A DNA stretch of 64,000 nt from positions 31,203 through 95,202 of the forward strand of contig CALSRA010000003.1 in NCBI GenBank assembly GCA_943788635.1, read 5' to 3'. This document shows, in pieces, positions 54,077-64,000 of this stretch (its first letter is position 1; each line of letters starts with the position of its first letter). The stretch comes from an uncultured Alphaproteobacteria bacterium. Lineage in GTDB: Bacteria; Pseudomonadota; Alphaproteobacteria; UBA8366; GCA-2717185. A model generated the notes under the pieces. The model ran no database searches. It had not been told where the DNA came from and saw only the letters and a list, made by a program, of their open reading frames with translations. The position numbers were made by a program, and so were the translations under genes.

Positions 54077-54221
54077 TAATATTTTGGAAAGAACTGGCGC
54101 TTATGGTTTATCTGCAGTCAAAACCGGCAATTTTCGGGCCGCGACACGCTGGACGAGGCAGGCGGCAAATGCAATATTCCGGCGATCAGAAACCGCGCGG
54201 CAACTGGGAGCGCCCCTCAAG

Positions 54222-54581
54222 ATGACAACGGCGATCACCCGCCTGATAACCTGGCTCAAAGGCGAGCCGGTTGGCACCGATGATTTCGGCAATCGATACT
54301 TCCAGGAACGCAAGGTCACACCGGATCGGCGCCGCAAACGCTGGGTTGTGTATCAAGGCGTCGATGAAGCAAGCGCTGTTCCGCCAGAATGGAACGGCTG
54401 GCTGCATTACACTGTCGATACCGTGCCGTCGGAATCCAGTTCGCCAAAGCGTGACTGGCAGAAACCCCATATTCCGAATTTGACCGGTACGCCGGATGCC
54501 TATCGCCCCGCTGGCCATACGCTTCGCGGCGGTAACCGGGCAAAGGCAACGGGAGATTATGAAGCATGGAAGCCGGAATAG
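54222..54581 (+). CDS. NADH:ubiquinone oxidoreductase NDUFA12 family subunit
   Basis: VGTDDFGNRYF, RWVVY, VPPEWNGWLH, NLTGT and DYEAWKP motifs. Confidence 0.93.
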   Translation: MTTAITRLITWLKGEPVGTDDFGNRYFQERKVTPDRRRKRWVVYQGVDEASAVPPEWNGWLHYTVDTVPSESSSPKRDWQKPHIPNLTGTPDAYRPAGHTLRGGNRAKATGDYEAWKPE

Positions 54582-54621
54582 ACCGTATTCCCGCCGCAAT
54601 GTTTTTCCAGACTCCGGCACA

Positions 54622-55107
54622 ATGAATAGTGAAACCCGCCATATTCTTGTCGGCGCCGCCGTGATCGTGCTGATGCCCTTGCTGGCCTATGTGTTTTTCA
54701 GCGGTGACGCGCGGACCGAGTCAGCGAGCGGATATGAGCTGAAAGCCCGTTACAACCAGGTTGATGGCGTGACGGTCGGGACGAATGTGGTGCTGGCAGG
54801 GGTGCCGGTCGGCCAGGTGACGCGGCTCGATTTCGATGCCGAGGCATTGCAGGCGGTGCTGACCTTCACGATCCATGACGAAATCCGTATCCCTGATGAC
54901 ACGGCGGCCGTGATTGCGAGTGATGGCATTCTGGGTGGTAAATACGTCAAGCTCAACATCGGTGGTTCCATGGACATGCTGGCACCGGGCCGGTCGTTTG
55001 AGTACGTACAGGATTCCGTGATTGTCGAGGCGCTGCTTGAAAAAGTGATCCTGTGGGCGGAATCGCGACGGGATAAGGCGCGCGAAGAGGGAACCCAATT
55101 GAAATGA
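54622..55107 (+). CDS. mlaD: MlaD (MCE) family protein
   Basis: N-terminal TM helix, DGVTVGTNVVLAGVPVGQV and GILGGKYV. Confidence 0.87.
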   Translation: MNSETRHILVGAAVIVLMPLLAYVFFSGDARTESASGYELKARYNQVDGVTVGTNVVLAGVPVGQVTRLDFDAEALQAVLTFTIHDEIRIPDDTAAVIASDGILGGKYVKLNIGGSMDMLAPGRSFEYVQDSVIVEALLEKVILWAESRRDKAREEGTQLK

Positions 55108-55562
55108 AACGAAGCGTCATTGAAACAGTCCTTGGGGCCGTCGTCCTTCTGGTTGCCGGTGTCTTTTTCGCGTTCGCCTACAGCTCCGCGGATATCAGGC
55201 CGAATCTGGGTTATACGGTAAAGGCGAACTTCAACGCCATCGACGGATTGACTATCGGCAGTGACGTGCGTGTCGGCGGCGTCAAGGTTGGTGCGGTGAC
55301 GGGTATGGCGGTCGACCAGGACCTGTACGAGGCCGTGGTGTCGATGAATATCGAAGACCGGATCAAGCTGCCATCGGATACAGTCGTGTTTATTTCCAGC
55401 GATGGGTTGCTGGGCGGAAAGTATGTCCGTCTGCAACCGGGCCGTAGCGAAACCATGGTCGCCGCGAATGGTGTCCTGGCGAATACCAAGGATGTGGTCG
55501 GACTGGAAGAACTGCTCGGCAAGGTTATTTTCCTCGTTACCGATTCCAATGCGGCCAATTAG
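55104..55562 (+). CDS. mlaD: MlaD (MCE) family protein
   Basis: ETVLG, DGLTIGSDVRVGGVKVG and GLLGGKYV. Confidence 0.9.
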   Translation: MKRSVIETVLGAVVLLVAGVFFAFAYSSADIRPNLGYTVKANFNAIDGLTIGSDVRVGGVKVGAVTGMAVDQDLYEAVVSMNIEDRIKLPSDTVVFISSDGLLGGKYVRLQPGRSETMVAANGVLANTKDVVGLEELLGKVIFLVTDSNAAN

Positions 55563-55962
55563 GGCGGCAGGCTTTACGGCCGCGCTGCTTCTGGCGTCAT
55601 TGCTGCCGGTTGGCGGCGTGGCGGCTTTCCCCGGCGATCTGGTCATCATGCAGGGGCTGGACAAGGTCACAGCGCGAGTGTCGACTTTTGAGGCGCCGCT
55701 TGGCGTCGCTGTCCGGTTCGGCACCCTGTCGATCACGCTGCGCAGTTGCGAGCGTACCCCGCCCGAAGAACCTCCGGAATCAAGCGCCTTCGTTGAAATT
55801 TACGAAGCGCGGAGCGACCAGCGGCCCATATCCCTTTTCGAAGGCTGGATGTTCGCGTCCAGTCCGGCGCTATCGGCGCTGGAGCATCCCGTTTATGACG
55901 TGTGGGTGCTGGAATGCAAACGGACCGCGCCGTTGCCGGACCCGGAAACCAACCGCCAGTAA
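55549..55962 (+). CDS. DUF2155 domain protein
   Basis: QGLDKVTAR, FGTL, PEEPPE and FEGWMFASSPALSALEHPVYDVWV. Confidence 0.92.
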   Translation: MRPIRAAGFTAALLLASLLPVGGVAAFPGDLVIMQGLDKVTARVSTFEAPLGVAVRFGTLSITLRSCERTPPEEPPESSAFVEIYEARSDQRPISLFEGWMFASSPALSALEHPVYDVWVLECKRTAPLPDPETNRQ

Positions 55963-55963
55963 G

Positions 55964-56383
55964 TTATCCCGTCTGCGACATATAGGTGCCGCGGCCTATG
56001 GCGATCAGGCGTTTGTCGTCGTCATGCACGTCAATATCGACGACGGCAATGGATCTCCCGGTACGGCGGACGCGGGCGGTTGCGGTCAGGTCGGTATTGA
56101 TCGCCGGGCGCAGGAAATCGGTGCGGAAATTGACCGTCGGCACGACACTGCCGACCCGCATGGCCAGCGCATAATCCCCGGCAACGTCGATCAGGGACGC
56201 GATGACCCCGCCATGGTACTGGCCGCTATCGGGGCGGCGTTCGAATTCCGGCCGCATCTTCACCCGCAGGATCAGGGTGTCGTTCCCCGTATCGATTGTG
56301 TCGACAAGGATTCCCATGAAGGAAAGAAAGGGCGATTCGTCCAGCAGCGACTGAACGTCATGTTGGCTCAGATAGTCGGGCAT
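55964..56383 (-). CDS. PaaI family thioesterase
   Basis: HGGVIASLID and TDFLRPA hotdog-fold motifs. Confidence 0.88.
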   Translation of the reverse strand: MPDYLSQHDVQSLLDESPFLSFMGILVDTIDTGNDTLILRVKMRPEFERRPDSGQYHGGVIASLIDVAGDYALAMRVGSVVPTVNFRTDFLRPAINTDLTATARVRRTGRSIAVVDIDVHDDDKRLIAIGRGTYMSQTG

Positions 56384-56416
56384 TGTTTTCCGTCTGTTTT
56401 GGTGGGGGAAAGTGTC

Positions 56417-57289
56417 TCAGGCCTGAATGAAGGATATCACGGGACCGCAGGTATGGTCCGGGCCGATCCACAGGGCAGGGTAGGGATGGTCGGTGTACGG
56501 CACGCCGTTGTCGTTCAGCAGGCGACGGGTCGCATCAAGGTCGCGCACTTCGAAACCGACCGTGGCGACATAGGGGATACAGGGCGGGGTGACGCCCGGC
56601 GTCCATTTCGCCATACCCGCCTCGTTCATCACATAAATCGTGCCGCGCGGCAGTTTGAAGCGCGCGACATTCGGCATCACCTCTTTGCTTTCGATATCCA
56701 GCAGTTTTTGCAGCTTGTCGCTGGTTGCGGTGACGTCGGCGACGCAGAACCCGACCTCGGCCAGCGCGGATGCGCCGTTGGGGTGATCGAGCAAATGAGG
56801 CTGCCAGATCACGTCACGGGTCAGGTGTTCGATGAAGATCAGTTTGCCTTCGGAAAAATAAGCCGAATCGATGCTGATATTGCTGAAGGCGGCAAGCCGT
56901 GTTTCGGAACCGTCGGGACCGTATACCGCATCGCGCTGCAATCGGATCGGGGCCTTCACGCCGGGGGACCGGCTGCTCAGTGCCTTGAAGGTGGTTTGGG
57001 AATCGCCGCTGCCAATGGCGACGATATGTGCGCCCTCGTATCGTTCCAGGAAGGTTTTGACCGAACTGTGCAAAGCCGCGTCGGTCAGCCCGACGACTTC
57101 CAGGTAGCCTGATTCGAACATGGCGCAGTGATTGCCTGATCCCCAGGGGACAACGGGGCCGCCCGGTTCAACGGAACCGGAATGGAAACTGCGCGGTGTC
57201 AGGTTGAAGCCGAGGCCGCGATACGTTGCTTCGGCGGCATCAAGGTCGCGTACGGCAACGCCGGTATGGTCTAGTTCGAAGTCAGTCAT
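56417..57289 (-). CDS. VOC/glyoxalase-like protein
   Basis: LDHTGVAVRDL, LGF, GYLE and HPNGA motifs. Confidence 0.85.
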   Translation of the reverse strand: MTDFELDHTGVAVRDLDAAEATYRGLGFNLTPRSFHSGSVEPGGPVVPWGSGNHCAMFESGYLEVVGLTDAALHSSVKTFLERYEGAHIVAIGSGDSQTTFKALSSRSPGVKAPIRLQRDAVYGPDGSETRLAAFSNISIDSAYFSEGKLIFIEHLTRDVIWQPHLLDHPNGASALAEVGFCVADVTATSDKLQKLLDIESKEVMPNVARFKLPRGTIYVMNEAGMAKWTPGVTPPCIPYVATVGFEVRDLDATRRLLNDNGVPYTDHPYPALWIGPDHTCGPVISFIQA

Positions 57290-57305
57290 CGGGGCTGCCC
57301 AGTGG

Positions 57306-58715
57306 TCATTCCGTCGGAAATTTGTCGTCGAGTGCCGCCAGTTCGCCGAGTGTCAGCGGCTTGATCGGCGGGCGGATGCGGTAATAGCCGGTTTCCGTCA
57401 GCGTTGCACCCCGGGACGCGGCGATGATTTCAGACACCGTCAAACCGCACATCCGGCCCTGGCAGGGACCCATGCCGCAGCGGGTGAATACCTTGAGCTG
57501 GTTGGGTCCCATCGCGCCTTCACGCACCGCGATGCGGATATCGCCCGCGGTGACTTCTTCGCAGCGGCAGACGATGGTTTCATCATCGGGGGGTACGCAG
57601 AATGCCGGATCGGGGCGGAACAGCGTGTCCAGAAGCGGCCGGATCGCCAGGTGCCGAGCCAGGTCGCCACGAAGCGGGGCTGCGCGCTGGTCGCGTTCGG
57701 CCAGATTAAAGATACCAAGTCGGCGCGCCGTATCCAGCGCCGCAAGCCTGCCAGCGATTGCCGAGGCTTCGGCGCCGATAATGCTGCCGCCATCGCCCGC
57801 AACGGCGACGGTATCGCAGCTTGTCGTTCCCCAGGAATCGAGCACCGGCTGCCAGTAACGCTGATCCGCCACCCATTCATGATCGCAGTCGAGTTGCCGG
57901 GTGATCTGCGTATTGGGAACAACGCCCGCATGCAGCAGCAAGGTATCGGCAGACAGGGTATGCCGCATACCGCCGGATTCGAATGAAATCTGTTTGAATT
58001 TTTCGTCCCCGGATGCGGCCAGATGCGAAACGCCGGAATATTGCGGTATGCCGGCTGCATTGATGTCGTGGCGCATCCGCTGGCCCTTGGCCAGATAATC
58101 GCCGGCTTGCATCGCGCGGGGCAGCGAACTGGCTGCGGCGAGGTAATCGCTGAACTCGGTTGTTTCCAGTATTGCGGCAACATTGGCGCCGGCGGTGATG
58201 AGCTGTTGCGCGATCAGCAACAGAAGCGGCCCGTTGCCCGCGACGATGATGCGGCCCGACGGCACGACCCCGGCGGATTTCAGCAATACCTGCGCCCCCC
58301 CGGCGGACATGACACCCGGCAGCGTCCAGCCGGGAATCGGCACGGGGCGTTCCTGTGCGCCGGTTGCCACCAGAATTCGTTTGCCGCGGACAATATGAGC
58401 CTGACCATCGCGGGAATAGGCGATGGTCCCATCGGCATCGACACGCCAGACGCTGGCCCCCGGGCGATAGCCCGACGCGGAGGCGCGAAAGGCGCTGGCG
58501 AGCGCGGCACCGCGTTGATAGTCCGGTCCCAGAAGCCGGGCTGTTTTGGGATGGGCGGTTTCGATTCCCCGATAGATCTGGCCACCGGGTTCTTCCTGTT
58601 CGTCCAGTAATAATACGGACAGGCCAAGGCTGCTGGCTTCCGTCGCCGCCGTCAGTCCGGCAGGGCCGCTCCCGATGATCACCAGGTCGGCGGATTCGCT
58701 GTTATCTCGGGTCAT
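57306..58715 (-). CDS. FAD/NAD(P) oxidoreductase with BFD-like [2Fe-2S] domain (HcnB/opine oxidase A-like)
   Basis: GSGPAG, PGGQIYR, ATGAQERPVPIPGWTLPGV, VCRCEEV and RCGMGPCQGRMC motifs. Confidence 0.9.
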   Translation of the reverse strand: MTRDNSESADLVIIGSGPAGLTAATEASSLGLSVLLLDEQEEPGGQIYRGIETAHPKTARLLGPDYQRGAALASAFRASASGYRPGASVWRVDADGTIAYSRDGQAHIVRGKRILVATGAQERPVPIPGWTLPGVMSAGGAQVLLKSAGVVPSGRIIVAGNGPLLLLIAQQLITAGANVAAILETTEFSDYLAAASSLPRAMQAGDYLAKGQRMRHDINAAGIPQYSGVSHLAASGDEKFKQISFESGGMRHTLSADTLLLHAGVVPNTQITRQLDCDHEWVADQRYWQPVLDSWGTTSCDTVAVAGDGGSIIGAEASAIAGRLAALDTARRLGIFNLAERDQRAAPLRGDLARHLAIRPLLDTLFRPDPAFCVPPDDETIVCRCEEVTAGDIRIAVREGAMGPNQLKVFTRCGMGPCQGRMCGLTVSEIIAASRGATLTETGYYRIRPPIKPLTLGELAALDDKFPTE

Positions 58716-59002
58716 GGCTCCAACCGTCGAACGCCGTCCTGGCGGCGAACCTTCATGCCGTCCTGGACCCGGGTCATGCAGGCCTGCCGGTTGGGGATGC
58801 CGTCGATCTCCATCAGGCAGTCGAAGCAGACACCCATCATGCAGTAGGGCGCGCGCGGTGCGCCGGTGACGGGGGTCGTACGGGTGTGTTCCGCTCCGTC
58901 CGCCAACAACGCGGCCGCGACGGTTTCATGGGGCGCGACCTGCAGAATCCGGCCCTCGAATTCGATGGCGATCTTCGCCGCGTCATGCAGCCGCCGGAAC
59001 AT
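58712..59002 (-). CDS. [2Fe-2S]-binding subunit (HcnA-like)
   Basis: ETVAAALL and YCMMGVCFDCL...QAC motifs. Confidence 0.9.
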   Translation of the reverse strand: MFRRLHDAAKIAIEFEGRILQVAPHETVAAALLADGAEHTRTTPVTGAPRAPYCMMGVCFDCLMEIDGIPNRQACMTRVQDGMKVRRQDGVRRLEP

Positions 59003-60105
59003 CGAACCTCCGGGCGCTGAACGTTCCGAAATCCGGTGGGGTAACGCCATCGGCGATCCACTCGGCCGCGCGGTAGGCGTTTGCGGCGGCCAGGGTCACG
59101 CCGCTATGCGATGTCGCGACGAAAGCACCGGGATGGCTTTCGGATTCATCGTAGATGGCGCATTTATCCGGCGTCAGAACCCGCACACAGCCCCAGTTGC
59201 GCACCAGCCGGACGCTGGCGAGTTGTGGAAAAAATTGCACGGCGCGCCGTGCAATCCGGCTTGTATCGATCAGGGTCGTGCCGTCGTTGAAGCCGATATC
59301 TTCTTCCGTCGTACCGAACTGTAAGCCGCCTTCATCGGTCTGCCGGACATCGGTAATCGGCAGGTTCAGCCGCGCCTCGATTCGTTCGGTGATCAATACC
59401 TGGCCGCGTTGCGGCCGGATCGGCACCCGAAGGCCGACCATGGGGGCGAGTGTCGAAATGCCGTGCCCTGCGGCGAGCACGATCTTGGGTGCTGTGAAGT
59501 TTCCGCCGCTGGTTTCCGCCGTAAAGCGATGATACTCGTGTGAAATATTCACAACCTCGCAGCAGGACCGGTACTGCCCGCCAAGGCGCAGGAAGCCGCG
59601 ATGCAGCGCGCGCAACAGCCGCAGCGGATTGACATGGCCATCATCAGGACAAAAGGATGCGCCGACGACTTCATTGCCGATACGGATATTTGGCAGCATA
59701 TCCTGTACCGCCGCACGGTCGATGATGTCGCAATCGTATCCGTCCGGGCCGGCCTGCTGGCGCATGCGGTCGATTTCGCGTTGCCGGGTTTTCCAGTTCG
59801 GCGTCGCCCAGCAGCATCTGCATGCCGCCCTTGTTCTGGTGGCTGATCGAAATGCCGGCACTGTCGTTCAGGTCTTCGGCGAAACCGGCATACAGCCGCG
59901 CGGATTCGCGGCTCCAGTCCGTATAGCGCTGCATGCCCATACCCTTGGACTGCACCCATACCAATCCGAAATTGCCCCGCGCGGCGCGCAGGACATCGTC
60001 ATGGCCGTCGAGGATCAGGGTTTCCAGCCCGCGCCGCCGTAGCCCGTAGGCAATGGCCGACCCGAAAATGCCGCCGCCGACAACGATGACATCGGCGCTA
60101 TTCAT
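58983..60105 (-). CDS. D-amino-acid-oxidase-family FAD oxidoreductase (HcnC/opine oxidase B-like); frameshift at 59789-59792
   Basis: VGGGIFG, ARGNFGLVWVQSKG, DGHVNP, PQRGQ and HSGVTLA motifs. Confidence 0.88.
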
Positions 60106-60218
60106 GGCGTAACGGAGCGTTTACAGGCATTGGACTCTCCCTGAAATCGCCATAATGATGCGGCTTAATACCGTTGGGTGCAAGCCGCTTACCTGGGATA
60201 CAGAGGGAAAAGGCAAGG

Positions 60219-60653
60219 ATGATCAGCGGATTGAGCCATATGACATTTGTTGTTCGTGACCTGGACAGATTGGAAACAATTCTGACCGGTGTTCTTGGTG
60301 CGCGCCGCGTGTATGACAGTGGTGACGATACGTTTTCCGTGTCACGGGAACGGTTTTTTCTCGCCGGCGATGACGAAATCTGGATTGCGGTCATGGAAGG
60401 GGAGCCGTTGCCGTCGCGAACCTACAACCATATTGCATTCAAAATCGCCGATGCGGATTACGATTCATGTCTCGCCCGGGTGAATGCACTGGAACTGTCG
60501 GTCAAGGAGAGCCGCCCACGTGTGGCGGGTGAGGGCCGCTCCATCTATTTTTATGACGACGATAACCACATGTTCGAATTGCATACGGGAACGCTCGATG
60601 AACGGCTCAGGCGATATGCCGCGCCCCCGACCAAGACTGACCCGGTCTCGTGA
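60219..60653 (+). CDS. fosX: FosX/FosE/FosI family fosfomycin resistance hydrolase
   Basis: MISGLSHMTF, YDSG..TFS.S.E.FF, RTYNHIAF and RPRVAGEGRSIYFYDDDNHMFELHTGTL. Confidence 0.9.
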   Translation: MISGLSHMTFVVRDLDRLETILTGVLGARRVYDSGDDTFSVSRERFFLAGDDEIWIAVMEGEPLPSRTYNHIAFKIADADYDSCLARVNALELSVKESRPRVAGEGRSIYFYDDDNHMFELHTGTLDERLRRYAAPPTKTDPVS

Positions 60654-60656
60654 GCG

Positions 60657-61532
60657 TTACCGGTACGGGGCCCAGCCGTAGCCGATATTCTCCAGCAGCG
60701 ACATGACCCGGCGGCCATATTCCGTATAGATCGCGTAGCTTTCGTCTTCTGATTTTCGGCCGGCATCGGGGTCGTGGAACACGGCTGCCATATGCGGTTC
60801 GATGGAAATGCCACCGTCATAACCGGTGTCTTTCAGGTCCTGCAGCACCTGCGGGATATGGCCACCCCCTTCACCGGGGTAGCGGTAGTCTTCCCGGTCC
60901 CCATCCATCACCACGTCCTTGATATGGACATAGGCGATATGCGGCCGGACATTCGAGTAGAATTCCCAGGGGTCCTGATAATCCGTCCCGCCCTTGGAAT
61001 AATCCTTGGTGATGACCGGGTTGCCGGTGTCGTAAACCAGCTTCAGGCCGGGCACGGCATCCAGCATCTGCAATGTGTGCTGCCAGCTCATGCCGCCGTA
61101 ATTCATGCAGTTTTCATGCACCGGCGTGATGCCGGCATCGGTGAAACGACGGGCGACCTCGCGCAGGCGGCGAAAACGTTCTTCCGCCATCTGGTCGTCG
61201 CCGTCACGCCGCGCGTAGCTCATGATCCGGATCAGTTTCGTGCCGAGCCGTTGCATACGCGGAATGGCGCGGTCGATCTCCGCCAGCGTAATGTCGAACG
61301 GGTCGTCCACCTTCTTGCCCCAGTTGGCGATTGTCGAGCCGAAGCAATTGACCGATACGCCCGCCTCGCCAAGTTCCGCGCAGGCGCGATCGAAGGCGTC
61401 GTCCGGCATGTCGTGAATGTTCTTGCCGTCGATACCACGCGATTCGATGGCATTCCAGCCAAGCGATTTTGTCGCTTCGATTTGCCCCTTCAGCCCCTGT
61501 GCCGCTTCATCGGCGAACCCGGTCAGATACAT
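60657..61532 (-). CDS. Sugar phosphate isomerase/epimerase (xylose isomerase-like TIM barrel)
   Basis: GFADE, HENC, YDTGN, HIKD and SIEPH metal motifs. Confidence 0.87.
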   Translation of the reverse strand: MYLTGFADEAAQGLKGQIEATKSLGWNAIESRGIDGKNIHDMPDDAFDRACAELGEAGVSVNCFGSTIANWGKKVDDPFDITLAEIDRAIPRMQRLGTKLIRIMSYARRDGDDQMAEERFRRLREVARRFTDAGITPVHENCMNYGGMSWQHTLQMLDAVPGLKLVYDTGNPVITKDYSKGGTDYQDPWEFYSNVRPHIAYVHIKDVVMDGDREDYRYPGEGGGHIPQVLQDLKDTGYDGGISIEPHMAAVFHDPDAGRKSEDESYAIYTEYGRRVMSLLENIGYGWAPYR

Positions 61533-62597
61533 CTAGCGGACCTCCACTTTTTCGCCACCTTTGGCGCTTGATTCATACATGGCACGGATAAGGGCGATGG
61601 CGCGTCGGCCCTCGGTACCGTCGACCAGTGGTTTGCGGCCTTCCCGCAGGGCCGCGACGACATCTTCGAAGTTCCACTGGTGCCATAGAAAGCTTATCGC
61701 CGCGGGGTCCGCCGCGCCAGCGCCACCGGCATCTGGATTGAAACCATGTTCGGCGCGGATCTGATCGTCTTCCGGCAACTTGTGCTGGAATTCCCAGACC
61801 CGGAACTTGTCGTCGGTCATGAAGGCCGAACCCTTCGTGCCGCAGATCTGGATTTCCGCCGGATGGCCTTCTTCCGACCAGCAGGCGGTCGAGGCCTGGA
61901 TGACACCCATCGCGCCGGATTCGAACTCGATCATCGCGACTGCGACGTCCTCGACCTCGATCCCGGTATGCGCAACGGTCTTGGTTTCCGCCCGCACCGT
62001 CTTCGGATCGCCCATGACGTATAGCAGCAGGTCAATCGTGTGGATCGCCTGGTTCATCATCGCGCCGCCGCCGTCCAGATCCCAGGTACCGCGCCACGCG
62101 CCACTTTCATAATATTCCTGCGAGCGCCACCATTTGACATAGGCATCCGCCATGATGACGCGTCCGAACCGTTCGGCATCGGCGGCCTGCTTGAGCAGTT
62201 TTGCCGACGGCACATAGCGGCGGGGGAAAACCCCGGCCAGCGTCACGTTGTTCCGCGCACAGGCGGCAATCATTTCGTCGACCCGCTCGGTCGTGACTTC
62301 CAGCGGCTTTTCGACGACGACATGCTTGCCCGCATTCGCGGCTGCGATGGTGGGATCGCGATGCGCGCCGCTGGCGGTGCAGACGGACACGACGTCCAGC
62401 CCGTCATGTTTCAGGAATTCGTCATAATCGGTGTAGCCGGCGCAGCCGTATTCAGCCGCCAATTCCTTGACCCGCTCGGCATTGCGACCGTGAAAGGCGA
62501 CCAGTTCCGCGCCTTCCATTGCCTGTATGGCTTTCGCCTGAAAGGGCGCAATAAGCCCGGTTCCGGCAATGCCGAATTTATACGTTTTGGTTTCCAT
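61533..62597 (-). CDS. Gfo/Idh/MocA family oxidoreductase
   Basis: GTGLIA, AGKHVVVEKP and WRGTWDLDGGGAMMNQAIH motifs. Confidence 0.92.
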   Translation of the reverse strand: METKTYKFGIAGTGLIAPFQAKAIQAMEGAELVAFHGRNAERVKELAAEYGCAGYTDYDEFLKHDGLDVVSVCTASGAHRDPTIAAANAGKHVVVEKPLEVTTERVDEMIAACARNNVTLAGVFPRRYVPSAKLLKQAADAERFGRVIMADAYVKWWRSQEYYESGAWRGTWDLDGGGAMMNQAIHTIDLLLYVMGDPKTVRAETKTVAHTGIEVEDVAVAMIEFESGAMGVIQASTACWSEEGHPAEIQICGTKGSAFMTDDKFRVWEFQHKLPEDDQIRAEHGFNPDAGGAGAADPAAISFLWHQWNFEDVVAALREGRKPLVDGTEGRRAIALIRAMYESSAKGGEKVEVR

Positions 62598-62643
62598 GTA
62601 AGCCCCCTGTTTTGGGGGCTATTCTAGATTGTAGACCCGGATG

Positions 62644-63690
62644 TCACCAGCCCGGATCGTGCTTTTGAAAGGGCGTCGGAATTTTCTGGATATCCTGCAG
62701 GATTTCGCCCAGTGGGCCGGGCGGGGTATCTGTGGGGATGAACAGCGACAGGCTGTCGACCAGCCCGGAATAACGATCCTCGATTTTCTTGGCGATGGTG
62801 TCGTAGGTGCCGACAGTGGCGAACAGGTCTAGCACATCGTCGGGGATCATCGCCGCCATTTCGTCCCAGCGTCCCTGCGCCGGCATGGGGCGCAGTTTTT
62901 CGCCAAGTTCCATCAGATCATGCAGTTCCAGCACCCGCCAGTATGACCGTGTTGAGCAGTAGAATGAAATCCGGAAGCGGATGTACTCACGCATTTTTGC
63001 CACGGCTTCTTCGTCCGCTCCGACCGCCATGAAGGCGCCCGCGACGACTTCGATATTTTTCCGGTCGCGCCCGCCACGGTCCAGCCCTTTGCCGATTTGC
63101 GCCAGTGTGCGTTCCGCCAGATAACGTCGGGTGCTGAACGGATGCAGCCGCACGCCATCCGCGACTTCACCGGCGACGCCCAGCATGGCCGGCCCCACCG
63201 CTGACATGGCGATGGGGATTCGTGGCAGTCCCATCGGGCGGGGGGCGAAATTCGGTGTCGTCAGGGTCAGGGTGTAGGTGTCGCTGTGGAAGTCGAGCGG
63301 TTCTTCCTTTTCCCAGGCCCGCCAGACCGCGCGGACGGCGCCGACGTAATCGCGCATACGCGGCGCCGGCGGTGTCCAGGGGATGCCATAGCGGCGCTCG
63401 TTATGGCCTTTTACCTGTGAACCGATGCCAAGATAGAAACGCCCGTTCGACGCCTTGTTCAGGTCCCAGGCGGCATGGGCCATGATGGTCGGGCTGCGCG
63501 GGAAGGCGATGGCGACCCCGGTGCCAAGCTGAATACGGTCGGTGGCCAGCGCTGCGACCGCAAGGGGCGGGATGGGCCCATGCGCGTTTTCCAGCGCGAC
63601 GACGCCATCGAATCCGGCGTCTTCGGCTTCCTTGGTGACGCGCTGGGCTTCGCGAAGGTCGTCGTTCGGTATGTGATAGATCACGCGCAT
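62644..63690 (-). CDS. Luciferase-like monooxygenase (LLM), probable F420-dependent class
   Basis: GTGVAIAFPRSP, SNGRFYLGIGSQVKGHNERRYG and AGEVADG..HPF motifs. Confidence 0.85.
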   Translation of the reverse strand: MRVIYHIPNDDLREAQRVTKEAEDAGFDGVVALENAHGPIPPLAVAALATDRIQLGTGVAIAFPRSPTIMAHAAWDLNKASNGRFYLGIGSQVKGHNERRYGIPWTPPAPRMRDYVGAVRAVWRAWEKEEPLDFHSDTYTLTLTTPNFAPRPMGLPRIPIAMSAVGPAMLGVAGEVADGVRLHPFSTRRYLAERTLAQIGKGLDRGGRDRKNIEVVAGAFMAVGADEEAVAKMREYIRFRISFYCSTRSYWRVLELHDLMELGEKLRPMPAQGRWDEMAAMIPDDVLDLFATVGTYDTIAKKIEDRYSGLVDSLSLFIPTDTPPGPLGEILQDIQKIPTPFQKHDPGW

Positions 63691-63797
63691 GCAAAGCGGC
63701 TCCCGGTCAGTTTGCTGTTCTGATATTCGATAAGAGTATCGAGCAGGTGACGATGGAATCCATCATTTTTTGGGGCCGCGAGCATGGCCTCGCTGAA

Positions 63798-64000
63798 TCA
63801 CCGGTGGAAATCGGCATCGACATTCAGCGCTTCCGCCAGCAGAATCCGGTATTCGGCGCGGGGAATTTCACGGGCACCGAACTGGGACAGATGGTCGGTG
63901 ATGAATTGTGTGTCCAGCAGGACATAGCCGCCGGCGCGTAATCGTGTGACGAGTTGCACCAGTGCGACCTTGCTGGCGTCACGGGCCCGGCTGAACATGC
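63798..64000 (-). CDS. aat: Leucyl/phenylalanyl-tRNA--protein transferase, 3' part only (runs off the window)
   Basis: [13 protein letters not shown] and [18 protein letters not shown] motifs. Confidence 0.92.
   Translation of the reverse strand, partial: MFSRARDASKVALVQLVTRLRAGGYVLLDTQFITDHLSQFGAREIPRAEYRILLAEALNVDADFHR

Overview
A 64-kb stretch of a GC-rich alphaproteobacterial (Rhodospirillales-like) chromosome. Core genes sit at both ends: galU-ugd-pgm, a DD-carboxypeptidase, a phasin, clpS-clpA and DUF482 on the left; ridA, nrdJ with NrdR boxes, NDUFA12, mlaD-mlaD, DUF2155 and aat on the right. Between them lie mostly accessory metabolic genes (TTT transporter, bfr/bfd, two soluble chemoreceptors, speA/speB, SulP, phbB, oxidoreductases, an hcnABC/opine-oxidase-like trio, fosX). 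Many genes are broken by single extra bases, a pattern more consistent with long-read assembly error than with real decay. The standout is an AT-rich island of about 3.6 kb (~12470-16050) beside an orphan terminase small-subunit gene. It holds two convergent two-gene operons: (i) a thymidylate-synthase-fold enzyme with the cytosine-type Asp at the E. coli Asn177 position plus a frameshift-hidden aGPT-Pplase clade-3-like (HhH-glycosylase-fold) protein, and (ii) a HigB-like gene plus an HTH-ImmA/IrrE metallopeptidase fusion. This is a candidate cytosine-modification or anti-phage module. All family calls are from motif recognition by eye; no database search was run.
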